Origin: Gemmatimonadota bacterium
Lineage (GTDB): Bacteria; Gemmatimonadota; Gemmatimonadetes; Longimicrobiales; Gaopeijiaceae
Assembly: GCA_034521595.1 (NCBI GenBank)
Contig: JAXHMG010000003.1
Coordinates: 384,001-448,000, forward strand
Reading direction: 5' to 3'
DNA: 64,000 bases
Shown here: one piece after another, positions 47,930-58,239 of the stretch
How positions within the stretch are numbered: the first letter of the stretch is position 1
Layout: every line of letters begins with the position of its first letter
Notes under the pieces: generated by a model
Seen by the model: only the letters and a program-made list of their open reading frames with translations
Database searches by the model: none
Told to the model about the DNA's origin: nothing
Position numbers and translations under genes: made by a program

Positions 47930-49306
47930 ATGCATTTCATCACGGGTAAACACCTTCCGCGCCGTACCTTCCTGCAGGGTATGGGAGCCATGGTCGGCCT
48001 TCCCATGCTCGATGCCATGGTTCCGGCGGGGCGACGGAGCGGAGTCGAAGAGACCCCGACGCGCTTCGTTGCCATCGAGGAGGTCCATGGCGTCGCGGGG
48101 AGCAACCAGTGGGGAGCAAGTCAGCACCTGTTCGCGCCGGAGACGGTCGGCCGTGGCTTCGAGTTGAAGCCGGAGAACGTCCTCAGCCCGCTCGCGGAGT
48201 ACCAGGACTATCTCACGATCGTGAGCAACACGGACGTGCGCATGGCGGAGGCCTTCGCGCCCGCCGAGATCGGGGGTGACCACTTCCGGTCGAGCGCCGT
48301 GTTCCTGACCCAGTCGCACCCCAAGCAAACCCAGGGGTCCGACCTGCACGTGGGCGTTTCGCTCGACCAGATCCACGCGAGGACGTTCGGGAAGGACAAC
48401 GTGCTCCCCTCCCTTCAGCTCTGCATCGAGCCGACGGATAAGGGCGGCGGGTGCGACTACAACTACTCGTGCTCGTACACGGACTCCATCAGCTGGGCTT
48501 CACCGGACACCCCGCTGCCGCAGATCCGGAACCCGCGAAGCGTGTTCGATACACTCTTCGGGGCCGGTGGTAGCGAGGCCGAGCGTGCGGCCCGTCGTCG
48601 GTCGCACAGCAGCATCCTGGACTGGGTTCAGGGTGAGGTCGCGCACGTCAAGCGTGAGCTGGGCGCGACCGACAGGGAGCGGGTCGACCGTTACCTGGAC
48701 AGCGTTCGCGAGATCGAGCGGCGCATTCAGCTCGTGGAGGAGCAGAACGCGAGCGGCGAGGAGCGCGAGCTCCCCGAAGCCCCTGCGGGCGTGCCCGACT
48801 CCTTCAGCGAGCACATGGAGCTCATGTTCGACCTCCAGGTGCTGGCGTTCGAATCGGATACCACGCGGGTCGTCTCGTTCAAGACCGGGCGGGACGCATC
48901 GAACCGGACGTTCCCGGAAAGTGGCTCCGACAGCGGCTTCCATCCGGCTTCCCACCACGGGGACCGTGAGGAGCGGATCCTGGAGTTCAACAAGATCTCG
49001 CAGTATCGCGTGAGCATGCTGGGGCACTTCCTCGAGCGCCTGAAGAACACCCAGGTCGGCGATTCGAGCCTGCTCGATCAGACGGTCGTGATGTGGGGCT
49101 CGCCCATGGGAGACGCCAACCTGCACAATCACCGGCGTTGCCCGCTCGTCTTGCTCGGGAAGGGCAACGGTGCGCTGGAGGGAGGCATTCACTACAAGGC
49201 TCCCGACGGCACGCCCATGGCCAACGTGTTCGTGAGCCTCATGCAGAAGCTCGGCCATACGAATATGCGGAGCTTCGGCGACAGTACCGGCGAATTCATT
49301 CTTTAG
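47930..49306 (+). CDS. DUF1552 family protein
   Basis: PRRTFLQG Tat-like motif; FHPASHH (HxxSHH), NLHNH. Confidence 0.9.
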   Translation: MHFITGKHLPRRTFLQGMGAMVGLPMLDAMVPAGRRSGVEETPTRFVAIEEVHGVAGSNQWGASQHLFAPETVGRGFELKPENVLSPLAEYQDYLTIVSNTDVRMAEAFAPAEIGGDHFRSSAVFLTQSHPKQTQGSDLHVGVSLDQIHARTFGKDNVLPSLQLCIEPTDKGGGCDYNYSCSYTDSISWASPDTPLPQIRNPRSVFDTLFGAGGSEAERAARRRSHSSILDWVQGEVAHVKRELGATDRERVDRYLDSVREIERRIQLVEEQNASGEERELPEAPAGVPDSFSEHMELMFDLQVLAFESDTTRVVSFKTGRDASNRTFPESGSDSGFHPASHHGDREERILEFNKISQYRVSMLGHFLERLKNTQVGDSSLLDQTVVMWGSPMGDANLHNHRRCPLVLLGKGNGALEGGIHYKAPDGTPMANVFVSLMQKLGHTNMRSFGDSTGEFIL

Positions 49307-49330
49307 CGTTCCATCACTTCGGGATCATTC

Positions 49331-51217
49331 ATGCAGACCAACACGAAAAGAGCGGCGACGCTGAAGTTGCTCGGAATCATGGCGGTCACGGCCGTCCTCT
49401 CAGCCAGCGTCCCGCCGGACGCGCCCATCGCGGACGCGGCGCAGCGGGGCGACCTCGAGACGGTGCGCTCCCTGGTCCGCTCGGGGGCGGATGTGAACGC
49501 GGCGCAGGGCGATGGGATGACGGCTCTGCACTGGGCTGCCGACCGGGGTAACGCCGAACTCGCCAACCTGTTGATCTATGCAGGCGCGAATGTCGAAGCG
49601 GGAACGCGGATCGGGCGGTACACCCCGCTCCATATCGCTGCAAGAGAAGCGCGTCCCGGCGTCGTCCAAGCGCTCCTGGAGGCTGGTGCGGATCCGGAGG
49701 CGCGCTCGACCAACAGCGGCGCGACCCCGTTGCATCTCGCGTCCGCGTCCGGCGACCCCGAGATCGTTTCGGCGCTCGTCGAAGCGGGAGTTGATCCGAA
49801 CGTCACCGAGGGCGCATGGGGTCAGACGCCGCTCATCTTCGCCGCGGCGAACAACCGGGTGGATGCCATCCGCGTGCTGATCGAGGCGGGCGCGGATCCG
49901 AATATGTCCGCCCGCTCGGTGGACGTGAAGGAATGGGCCGATGCCGATCAGGCTGCCGCAGAGCGTCTGACCGAGGCCCTCGACGAATTCAAGGAGCAAG
50001 AGGACGGCGGACCGGACTGGAAACCCAGCTCCGCGCAGGTGCAGGCGGCCGTCGAGCTTTCCCGGGAAGTGCAGCGCAAGTGGCCGAACGTGCCGCAAGA
50101 AGACGAGGGCGAGGACGCGGCGGACGAATCCGAATCCGATGCGGACGATGCCGAAGGTGAGGAAGGTGAGGAGGAGGAACGCAAGCTCTCGTACGCCGAA
50201 CAGGTGGATCGCTGGGGTGGGCTCACGCCGCTGCTGCACGCCGTGCGACAGGGCCACAAAGAGGCCGCGAAGGCGCTCCTCGAGAGTGGTGCGGACATCA
50301 ATCAGACGAGTGGCGACCTCACGTCTCCCCTTCTGATGGCGACGCTGAACGGTCAGTGGGATCTGGCCAAGGTATTGCTCGAGGGCGGTGCGGATCCGAA
50401 CCAGGCGAGCGTGGCGGGTGCGACCCCGTTGTACACGGTTCTCGAGCGGCAGTGGGAGCCGAAGGCGTCTTACGCGCACCCTGTCGAGCATCGGCAGCAG
50501 GAGACCACGCATATCGAAATGCTGCGGGAGCTTTTGGAAGCCGGCGCCGACCCGAATGCGCGTCTGAATCGACATCTCTGGTATATGGAGTACACCTTCA
50601 GCGTGCTGGGCGGAAGCGGTATCTACGTGAAGGGTGCGACCCCCTTCTGGCGGGCTGCGTACGCGCTCGACGTCGAAGCCATGCGACTGTTGAAGGAGCA
50701 CGGTGCGGATCCCGGTATTCCGACCATGAAGGAGCCCGAGCGACGCCGGCGCGCGCCGGACGATCCGCCGGAGGAAGAAGGTGAAGAGGCCGAGGAAGAG
50801 CCCGAGCTCGATCCATCGGGGCTTCCACCCGTGCCCACCAACGGCCCGGCGATCTATCCCATCCATGCGGCATCGGGTGTGGGGTACGGCCAGTCGTTCG
50901 CCGGTAACGCTCATCGTTACGTTCCCGACGGGTGGCTCGATGCCGTGAAATTCCTGGTCGAAGAGGCCGGCGCCGACGTGAACAGGCGCGATGCCAACGG
51001 CTATACGGCGCTACACCACGCCGCCTCACGGGGTGACAACGAGATGATCCGGTATCTCGTCGAGCAAGGCGCGGACGTGACGGTGGTGAGTCGCGAAGGC
51101 CAGACGACCGCGGACATGGCGAACGGACCCGTGCAGCGGGTCCAGCCGTATCCGGCCACCATCCAGCTACTCGAAGAGTTGGGTTCGGAGAACAACAACA
51201 ACTGCCTGTCCTGCTGA
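49331..51217 (+). CDS. Exported ankyrin-repeat protein
   Basis: Multiple TPLH/TALH repeats, acidic linkers, C-terminal CLSC. Confidence 0.92.
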   Translation: MQTNTKRAATLKLLGIMAVTAVLSASVPPDAPIADAAQRGDLETVRSLVRSGADVNAAQGDGMTALHWAADRGNAELANLLIYAGANVEAGTRIGRYTPLHIAAREARPGVVQALLEAGADPEARSTNSGATPLHLASASGDPEIVSALVEAGVDPNVTEGAWGQTPLIFAAANNRVDAIRVLIEAGADPNMSARSVDVKEWADADQAAAERLTEALDEFKEQEDGGPDWKPSSAQVQAAVELSREVQRKWPNVPQEDEGEDAADESESDADDAEGEEGEEEERKLSYAEQVDRWGGLTPLLHAVRQGHKEAAKALLESGADINQTSGDLTSPLLMATLNGQWDLAKVLLEGGADPNQASVAGATPLYTVLERQWEPKASYAHPVEHRQQETTHIEMLRELLEAGADPNARLNRHLWYMEYTFSVLGGSGIYVKGATPFWRAAYALDVEAMRLLKEHGADPGIPTMKEPERRRRAPDDPPEEEGEEAEEEPELDPSGLPPVPTNGPAIYPIHAASGVGYGQSFAGNAHRYVPDGWLDAVKFLVEEAGADVNRRDANGYTALHHAASRGDNEMIRYLVEQGADVTVVSREGQTTADMANGPVQRVQPYPATIQLLEELGSENNNNCLSC

Positions 51218-51241
51218 CCACCAGCTTCACAGGACACGGAG

Positions 51242-51277
51242 CAGGGCCTGGGCGGGATCGCCCGGGCCCTGTTTTGT
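51242..51277 (+). terminator. Intrinsic terminator
   Basis: CAGGGCCTGGGCG-GGAT-CGCCCGGGCCCTG followed by TTTTGT. Confidence 0.75.
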
Positions 51278-51335
51278 GAGCAGGGCCCGAGTTCCCACAC
51301 ATGCGGCGATGACGCCGTGAGGTCGAGGGAGGACT

Positions 51336-52298
51336 GTGCTTAGAAGCACTCTGATCGCGCTGAGTGAGTCGGATGTCGCTCGTCTGGCGGTTACGCGCAC
51401 GCCGCTCAGAGGCATGAGTCGACGGTTCGTGCCCGGGGAGGGGGTCGAAGATCTCGTCGGAGCCATTCGCCAGGCGAACGCCGAAGGGATGTCGGCGACC
51501 GGGAACTACCTGGGAGAATCCGTGAAGACGGAGCGTGCGGCGTCCCAGGCGGCATCGGTCTATACCGGGGTGATGGACCAAGTGCAGCGTGAAGCGCTCG
51601 ATGCCAACGTCTCGGTGAAGTTCAGCCAACTCGGTCAGGCGATCTCCGAGGAGTTTCTCGCCGAGACGCTCGCCCCGATTCTGGAGCGGTCGCGACGGGA
51701 CGGGATCTTCGTGCGGTTCGACATGGAGTCGTCGGCCTATACGCAACGGACTCTGGACGCCTTCGAGAAGCTGTGGTCCGAGGGTTGGCGCAACATCGGT
51801 GTGGTGCTCCAGGCCTACCTCCACCGTACGGCGGGTGACGTGGCGCGTATGAACCAGCTCGGCGCGAGGGTGCGGCTATGTAAGGGAGCGTACGACGAGC
51901 CGGCCAAGATCGCGTACAAAGAGCGTGAGGACGTGGCCGAGAACTTCACGGCGCTCATGCGGGAGCTCATCGACCACGGAAACTACCCCGGGATCGCGAC
52001 CCACGATGAGCGCCTGATCGAAGCCACGCTCGAGCACGTGACCCGCAACGGGATCCCCTCCGATCGTTTCGAGTTTCAGATGCTCTTCGGCGTCCGTCGG
52101 GACCTCCAGCGGCAGCTGGTGGATGACGGATGGAACATGCGGGTCTACGTTCCCTTCGGAGAGCAGTGGTACCCCTACTTGATGCGCAGGTTGGCGGAAC
52201 GCCCCGCGAACCTGCTGCTCCTCATCGGGAGCGTGGTGCGCGAATCGCCGCTGGGCTTCCTGTGGGGTGGCCGCGACCGAACCAACAGGAAGGCGTGA
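51336..52298 (+). CDS. Monofunctional proline dehydrogenase
   Basis: RRFVPGE, DMESS, RLCKGAY, IATHD, FQMLFG, YLMRRLAERPAN. Confidence 0.93.
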   Translation: MLRSTLIALSESDVARLAVTRTPLRGMSRRFVPGEGVEDLVGAIRQANAEGMSATGNYLGESVKTERAASQAASVYTGVMDQVQREALDANVSVKFSQLGQAISEEFLAETLAPILERSRRDGIFVRFDMESSAYTQRTLDAFEKLWSEGWRNIGVVLQAYLHRTAGDVARMNQLGARVRLCKGAYDEPAKIAYKEREDVAENFTALMRELIDHGNYPGIATHDERLIEATLEHVTRNGIPSDRFEFQMLFGVRRDLQRQLVDDGWNMRVYVPFGEQWYPYLMRRLAERPANLLLLIGSVVRESPLGFLWGGRDRTNRKA

Positions 52299-53777
52299 TG
52301 AGCCAGGGCGGAGCTGAAGGCGGAGATAAGACGGTCGCGCCGGGAGGGGTGGAAGCCGACTCGACCGAGCTCGGGGGAACCGACGTCCTCAAGTTCGTGG
52401 TGCCGACGCTCGTCGGGATGTTGATGTTCCTCGTGCCGCTCGGCACTGAAGAGTGGATCAGCATCGGTGAGCGGTCGGTCCCGCGCCCGACGCTCCCCCA
52501 TTTCCCGCTTGGATCCGGGGAGTCGGTGACGATCGGCATCGGCGTCCTCGCCGACGCCCTGACGGCTGTCCTGGGTGGCTTCCTCATGCCCCTCGGCGTC
52601 GGCGTGCTCTGCCTGTCGGTGGTCGCCTCGGTAGTCGCTCGTGTCGCCAATCCGGCTTGGATGCGGGTCGAAGGATGGGGTGAGATTTTCCACGTCGGCC
52701 CGCTCTGGTTCGGCCTCCGGGTGATCGGCGCCGTCTTCGGGCTGATGACGATGTACGAGGTCGGCCCCGAGTTCATCCGCGGCGGCGCCACGGGGGGCGT
52801 GATCCTCAACGACCTCATCCCGGTGCTCCTGACCTTCTTCCTGTTCGCGCTCATGGCGCTCCCGTTCTTGACCGAGTTCGGGCTCATGGAGTTCATCGGG
52901 ACGATCGTCCGAAAGCCCTTCCGCGTGGTGTTCGGCCTGCCGGGGCGCAGCGCCATCGACGCCACTGCTTCCTGGATGGGGGCCGCCCCGCTCGGCGTGC
53001 TCATCACGTACCAACAGTACGAGCGCGGCTTCTACTCGCAGCGGGAGGCGTCGGTCATCGCGACCAATTTCTCCGTGGCTTCGATCGCGTTCAGCCTTCT
53101 GATCGCCGGGTTCATCGGGATGGACCACATGTTCGTTCAGATGTACTTCACGGTGGTCGTCGCCGGCGTGATCGCCGCGGTGGTCATGCCCCGGATTCCT
53201 CCGCTCTCACTCAAACCGGACGAATATTACCCTCCGGTGGGCAAGAGGCTGATCGAGCCGGAGCGGAAGGAAGGAACCGGCGTCTTCAAGACGAGTCTGG
53301 CGGCGGCGACGGGACGCGCTCGCACGGCGCCCGGAGCGCGTGTGCTGGGCCGGAACGTGTTGCTCAGCATCGCCGATATCTTCTTCGGCCTGCTGCCGCT
53401 GGTGATGGCGATCGGGACCGCGGCGCTCGCCGTGGCCGAGCACACCCCGGTGTTCACGTGGATTTCCTATCCGATCGTGCCGGTCTTGGAGCTCCTGCGA
53501 CTCCCTGAAGCCGCGGCGGCCGCGCCGGCGACCCTGGTCGGGTTCGCGGACATGTTCCTGCCCGGCCGTCCTCCTCACCGGAGTGGAGAGTGAGCTGACG
53601 CGTTTCGTCATAGGGTGTCTGTCGCTCACCCAGCTCATCTACATGTCCGAGATCGGAGTCCTCATCCTCAAGTCGAAGATCCCGCTCAGCTTTGCCGAGC
53701 TCGTGGTGATCTTCGGGCTACGCACCGTGATCACGCTGCCGATCATCGCTCTGATGGCGCACACGCTGTTCTACTGA
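52298..53777 (+). pseudogene. YjiH-family (Gate-domain) transporter with a +1 frameshift near 53561-53565
   Basis: GLMEFIG, LPGRSAID, VGFADMFLP; continuation AVLLTGVESELTRFVIGCLSLTQLIYMSE lies in another frame. Confidence 0.8.
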
Positions 53778-53804
53778 GCGAGCGGGAGGGGGCGGCGCAA
53801 CCCC

Positions 53805-54920
53805 TCACTGCAGGGTGCGGACCACCGACGCGACGCGGTCGAGCGCGGGCCTGATCCGCTCGGGCTCGTAGCCGACGGTGATCCGGAGGTGCCCCTCCGC
53901 CCCGAGAAAGCTTCCGGGCGCGGTCAGGATGGAGGCTTCCTGTCGGATGCGCTCCGCCACCTCGAGGGATGGAGCGTCCAGGTGGTAGCGCACGAACGCG
54001 ATCGAGGTGGCCTGCCTGCGTCCCACGCTGAAGAGCCCGTCCTGTTCGTCGAGCCAGGCGCCAAGGAGATCGTGACCGGCACGCGAGAGCGTCCGCTGCC
54101 GCTCGAGGAGATTCGAGTGGTGGACGGGAGTGAGTGCCGCGTCGGCGAGGACCATGCTGGGCGCGGCGGCGGCGATGACTTGGTATTCGTGCCGACGCCA
54201 GAGCTCTTGCACCGTGTCGGGACCGGCGACCGCCCACCCGATGCGGAGACCGGCCAGTCCGTATGCTTTCGACAGGGAGTTGGTCACGACCAGCTTGTCG
54301 TACATGCCTCTGAACGACGGTGTGGGCTCGCCGTCGAGCTCGGTGCCGTGGTACACCTCGTCGGCGTGTAACCACGCACCGACTCGTTCACAGGCCGCGA
54401 CGATGCGTTCCATCTCGTGCGGCTCGAATATGCGGCCCGTCGGGTTGTTGGGGTTGACGACCCCCACCAGGCGGACATCGTCCGTCACCCGTGCGTCGAA
54501 TGCATCCCAGTCCACGGCCCAATCCCGGTCCGGGTCCATGGGCACGTCCCGCACGTCGCATCCCAGGTTACGGGCGAGGCCGGGGAGCTGCTGGTACCCG
54601 GGGGAGAGCCAGACCATGCCGTCACCGGGGCGGAGCAGCGTCTCGGCGACCAGGTGGTTCGCCTGGGCGGCGCCGTTGGTGACGAGGACTTCGTCGGGAG
54701 TGGTGTCTTCGTAGAGGGCGGCGATCTTCCGCCGCAGACGCTCGAGCCCGTTCACCTGAGGATAGAAGAGCTCGAGGGAGAGGAGCTCGTCGCGCTGGTC
54801 CGGATCCAACCAGGAACCGACGTCCACGCACTTCACGGAGCTGTCGGCCAGGTTGATGTCCACGGTGTGCTCGAAGCGGGACTGGTAGTGTTCCAGCTCG
54901 AAAGGATGAAAGTCGGGCAT
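53805..54920 (-). CDS. PLP-dependent aminotransferase class I/II
   Basis: NPNNPTG, ADEVY, SLSKAYGLAGLRIGW. Confidence 0.92.
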   Translation of the reverse strand: MPDFHPFELEHYQSRFEHTVDINLADSSVKCVDVGSWLDPDQRDELLSLELFYPQVNGLERLRRKIAALYEDTTPDEVLVTNGAAQANHLVAETLLRPGDGMVWLSPGYQQLPGLARNLGCDVRDVPMDPDRDWAVDWDAFDARVTDDVRLVGVVNPNNPTGRIFEPHEMERIVAACERVGAWLHADEVYHGTELDGEPTPSFRGMYDKLVVTNSLSKAYGLAGLRIGWAVAGPDTVQELWRRHEYQVIAAAAPSMVLADAALTPVHHSNLLERQRTLSRAGHDLLGAWLDEQDGLFSVGRRQATSIAFVRYHLDAPSLEVAERIRQEASILTAPGSFLGAEGHLRITVGYEPERIRPALDRVASVVRTLQ

Positions 54921-54963
54921 GGGCGGTGTCGTGCGGTCGAGTGAAGAGGGTATCTTTCAGGGC

Positions 54964-55947
54964 ATGAGCCGGAACGAAGGGAAGCGGACGAGTGCCTCGG
55001 GATGGGCCGAACGGATCGAGCAGACGCACGCTCGCATCGAACCGTTGATCCGGCGCACCGAGGTCACGCACGCACCCGAGATCGCCCCTGATTTCGCCGG
55101 GAAGTTGGCGTTCAAGCTCGAGCAGCGCCAGCGGACGGGCTCCTTCAAGCTACGCGGAGCGGCGAGCCGCATTCTCGCCTTGTCCGGCGGCGAGTCCGCC
55201 GCGGGTGTCACGACGTCGTCGATGGGAAACCACGGGATGGCTGTGGCGTGGGCGGGGCGGGAGGCGGGAGTTCCGGTCGAGGTGTTCGTCTCCCCGCACG
55301 TCTCGCCGGACCGCCTCGAGCGGATGCACGAGCTGGGGGCGGAGTCGCGGGTGGTGGGAACGTCCGTATTGGACGCGGAGATCGCCGCGCGTGCGGCCGC
55401 GGCCGATTCGGGCAAGGTTTACGTCTCGCCGTACAACGATCCGTGGGTCGTCGCGGGCCAGGGGACCGTCGGCGTGGAATTGCTCGAAGACCTCCCGGAC
55501 CTCGACGCCGTGTTCATCGCCGTCGGCGGTGGAGGGCTGATCAGCGGGATCGGGGCGTACCTCCAGGAGCGGGTCCCGGAGGTCGAGATCGTCGGGTGTT
55601 GGCCGGAGCACGCACCTGCCCTGCATGAATGTTTGCGCCAGGGGCGGATCGTCGAGGTGCCCGAGCGACCCACGCTATCGGAGAGCACGGCGGGTGGCGT
55701 CGAGGACGGGTCGATCACGTTCGACCTCGCGCGGCGGGTCATCGACCGCTCGGTTCTGGTGCCCGAGGAAGAGATTCTGGCCGCGATGCGGCTGGCGCGC
55801 GATCGGCGAGGCTGGTGGATCGAGGGAGCCGCGGGCGTCGCGCTCGCCGCCTTCCTGAGGCATCGGCGGGACTACGACGGGCGTGAAGTGGCCGTCGTTC
55901 TCTGTGGCGGGAATTTATCGTCCGACGTGCGTGCTCGACTGTCGTGA
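54964..55947 (+). CDS. Threonine/serine dehydratase (PLP)
   Basis: TGSFKLRGA, SMGNHG, VGGGGLISG, LCGGN. Confidence 0.9.
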   Translation: MSRNEGKRTSASGWAERIEQTHARIEPLIRRTEVTHAPEIAPDFAGKLAFKLEQRQRTGSFKLRGAASRILALSGGESAAGVTTSSMGNHGMAVAWAGREAGVPVEVFVSPHVSPDRLERMHELGAESRVVGTSVLDAEIAARAAAADSGKVYVSPYNDPWVVAGQGTVGVELLEDLPDLDAVFIAVGGGGLISGIGAYLQERVPEVEIVGCWPEHAPALHECLRQGRIVEVPERPTLSESTAGGVEDGSITFDLARRVIDRSVLVPEEEILAAMRLARDRRGWWIEGAAGVALAAFLRHRRDYDGREVAVVLCGGNLSSDVRARLS

Positions 55948-55957
55948 ACGCGATGGG

Positions 55958-55992
55958 GTGCGGGGGTGGGTGGCTAGCTCCCACCCCCGCAC
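55958..55992. terminator. Bidirectional terminator-like hairpin between convergent genes
   Basis: 13-bp perfect stem GTGCGGGGGTGGG/CCCACCCCCGCAC. Confidence 0.6.
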
Positions 55993-56015
55993 GCCCGACC
56001 GTGGCGCTGCGTGGC

Positions 56016-56966
56016 TCACTTCGCGTCCCGCTTGCGCAGGGCGAGGAGCGAGATGAACTCCCAGAGGACGTTCGCGGCGCCCATGGCCGTGAGCTCGGCG
56101 TGATCGTACATGGGGTAGACTTCGACGAGGTCTCCCCCGACGAAGTCGATTCCGGTCATGCCTCGCACGAGGGAGAGCCCTTCGTGACTGGTGAAGCCCT
56201 CCACTTCAGGCGTTCCGGTGCCGGGTGCGTAGGCCGGATCCCACGAGTCGATGTCGTAGCTCAGAAAGGTCTTCCCGTCGCCGGCGCGTGCGCGGATACG
56301 CTCGGTAACCGCTTCGATGCCCATCTGCCGCACCTCCTGCATGGTGATGACTTCCATGCCGAGCTCCCGGGACTGGTCGTAGTCCTCGTACCCGTAGATG
56401 GAGCCGCGCAACCCGACCTGAATGACCCGAGCGGGGTCGATGATCCCTTCTTCGGTCGCACGCCGGAAGACCGTGCCGTGGTTGTACTTCTTGCCCCAGT
56501 GACCCTCCCATGTGTCCGGGTGGGCGTCGATCTGTACCACTCCGAGCGGTCCGTGCCGCTTGCTCAGGGCCCGGAGCTCCGCCAATGTGACGGAGTGGTC
56601 ACCGCCGAGGCCGACGGGCGTGACGCCGGCGTCGATGATCGGGCGCAGGCCGGCCTCGATGCGTTCGTACGAGGCCTCGATATAGCCGGGCACGACGCCG
56701 ACGTCCCCGTAATCCACGCCGGAGAGATGCTCGAACAAGTCGACTCCGTGGTACGCGTTGAACGGTCGGAGCATGGTCGACGCGCCCCGGATGGCCTGAG
56801 GGCCGAAGCGGGCGCCGACCCGGTATGTCGTGCTGGTGTCGAAGGGAATGCCGACGACCACGAAGTCCACGTCCTCCGTGGTCTGAATATGGGGCAATCG
56901 CATGAACGTGCGGATGCCCCCGATGCGGGGACTCTCCATGGCGTCCGGCGGTTGGTAGCGGGGCAT
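56016..56966 (-). CDS. speB: Agmatinase / ureohydrolase
   Basis: GARFGP, GGDHS, DAHPD, DIDSWDPAYAPGTGTPE. Confidence 0.88.
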   Translation of the reverse strand: MPRYQPPDAMESPRIGGIRTFMRLPHIQTTEDVDFVVVGIPFDTSTTYRVGARFGPQAIRGASTMLRPFNAYHGVDLFEHLSGVDYGDVGVVPGYIEASYERIEAGLRPIIDAGVTPVGLGGDHSVTLAELRALSKRHGPLGVVQIDAHPDTWEGHWGKKYNHGTVFRRATEEGIIDPARVIQVGLRGSIYGYEDYDQSRELGMEVITMQEVRQMGIEAVTERIRARAGDGKTFLSYDIDSWDPAYAPGTGTPEVEGFTSHEGLSLVRGMTGIDFVGGDLVEVYPMYDHAELTAMGAANVLWEFISLLALRKRDAK

Positions 56967-57180
56967 TGGCGGGGCCTCCTCGTTGAATGAAGTTCCTTGG
57001 TGTCCGGTCGCGGCGGTCGTTCGGGATGAGGCAGCGACGACTCACGACTCCGGACCGTGCGCCCGAAAGGGCGCGCCGAAGGCGCCGGAAAGCTAGAGAT
57101 GGCGCCTCGGGTCGGCAAATGACCGCCGTGCCGGCCACGGCCCGCGCACCAACGTTACTCGAGCTGAAGCGCGCAACGAT

Positions 57181-58131
57181 ATGAAGATCCGACGCCATGC
57201 CACGCTCGCCGCGGTTCTCACGGTTTTCGCGTGTGGTGACGACGAGGCCGAGGCCCCGGCAGGGGACGGGCCGGGTTCGGACGCCGCCGTCGAGAGCCCC
57301 TATGCGCCCGAGGCACCCGATTCGGTATACCGGGTCGTCCGGGAGATCACCGATGGGGTCTACACCTACGAGTACGCCCGCCCGGAGGATCCCGTGACGA
57401 CGGTCAGCATGTTCGTGGTCAGCGAGGAGGGCGTCCTCGTGGCCGACGGGCAGGGCAACATCGAGGAAACGGAGCGCCTCATCGACGAGATCCGGGAGGT
57501 GTCGGATGCTCCCATCACGCACCTGGTGATCGCGACCGACCACGGGGACCATACCGGCGGCAACCTCGCGTTCCCCGAGTCGGTCGAGGCCTACGCGCAC
57601 CCGGCGGTGGCGGAAGCGCTGGAGCCGGCCGAGCCGGGAGACCCGGTCCTGGAGCCCGATCACCTCGTGCGGGACCGGGAGCGGATCGTGTTGGGGAACA
57701 GGGAGATCGAGGTCCTTTTCCTGGGGCGGGGGCACACGGCCGGGGACCTCGTCGTTCACCTGCCCGAAGAGGGGATCGCCTTCATGAGCGAGGCCTACCT
57801 CGACCGTGTCTTCCCGCTCATGATCACGGCTTACCCGTCGGAGTGGGTGGAGACGCTGCACCTCGCGGAGGCGCTCGATGCGCGGACATACGTGGCCGGT
57901 CACGGCGTGCGGGGCTCGATCCAGTACGGCAAGGAAGATCTCGTCCGGTACCGACGCGCCGTGGAGCAGGTCATCGCCGAGGTGACGAGGCTCTACGAGG
58001 CGGGCATGACCGTGGATGAAGCCGTCGAACGGGCCAACTTCGGCGAGCTTGCGCAGCAGGCCGACTACGTCTACCAGGCCGAGCGGGCGGTTCGTCGGGT
58101 ATGGGCGGAGCTCGAAGGGGAGCTCGACTGA
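57181..58131 (+). CDS. MBL-fold metallo-hydrolase lipoprotein (cyclase-like) with an atypical metal motif
   Basis: FAC lipobox; TDHGDH, GHTAGD, AGHG. Confidence 0.82.
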   Translation: MKIRRHATLAAVLTVFACGDDEAEAPAGDGPGSDAAVESPYAPEAPDSVYRVVREITDGVYTYEYARPEDPVTTVSMFVVSEEGVLVADGQGNIEETERLIDEIREVSDAPITHLVIATDHGDHTGGNLAFPESVEAYAHPAVAEALEPAEPGDPVLEPDHLVRDRERIVLGNREIEVLFLGRGHTAGDLVVHLPEEGIAFMSEAYLDRVFPLMITAYPSEWVETLHLAEALDARTYVAGHGVRGSIQYGKEDLVRYRRAVEQVIAEVTRLYEAGMTVDEAVERANFGELAQQADYVYQAERAVRRVWAELEGELD

Positions 58132-58239
58132 CCGCGGGGTGGGACCCGCCATCGCTTGACGCCGGGGGCACGGGCCCGTACGGTCGGCGAATCGACCTCA
58201 TCCCGGCCAAGCCGGAGCGTCCTCGACCCGGAGCGTACG

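Noticed and set aside
39949-50914. Long antisense ORFs (for example 39949-42675, 45073-46791, 49400-50914)
   Set aside because: These are typical shadows of high-GC3 genes with no recognisable motifs.
51200-51240. Sec read-through at the ankyrin terminal CLSC-TGA
   Set aside because: A terminator follows closely and there is no convincing downstream coding sequence or SECIS.
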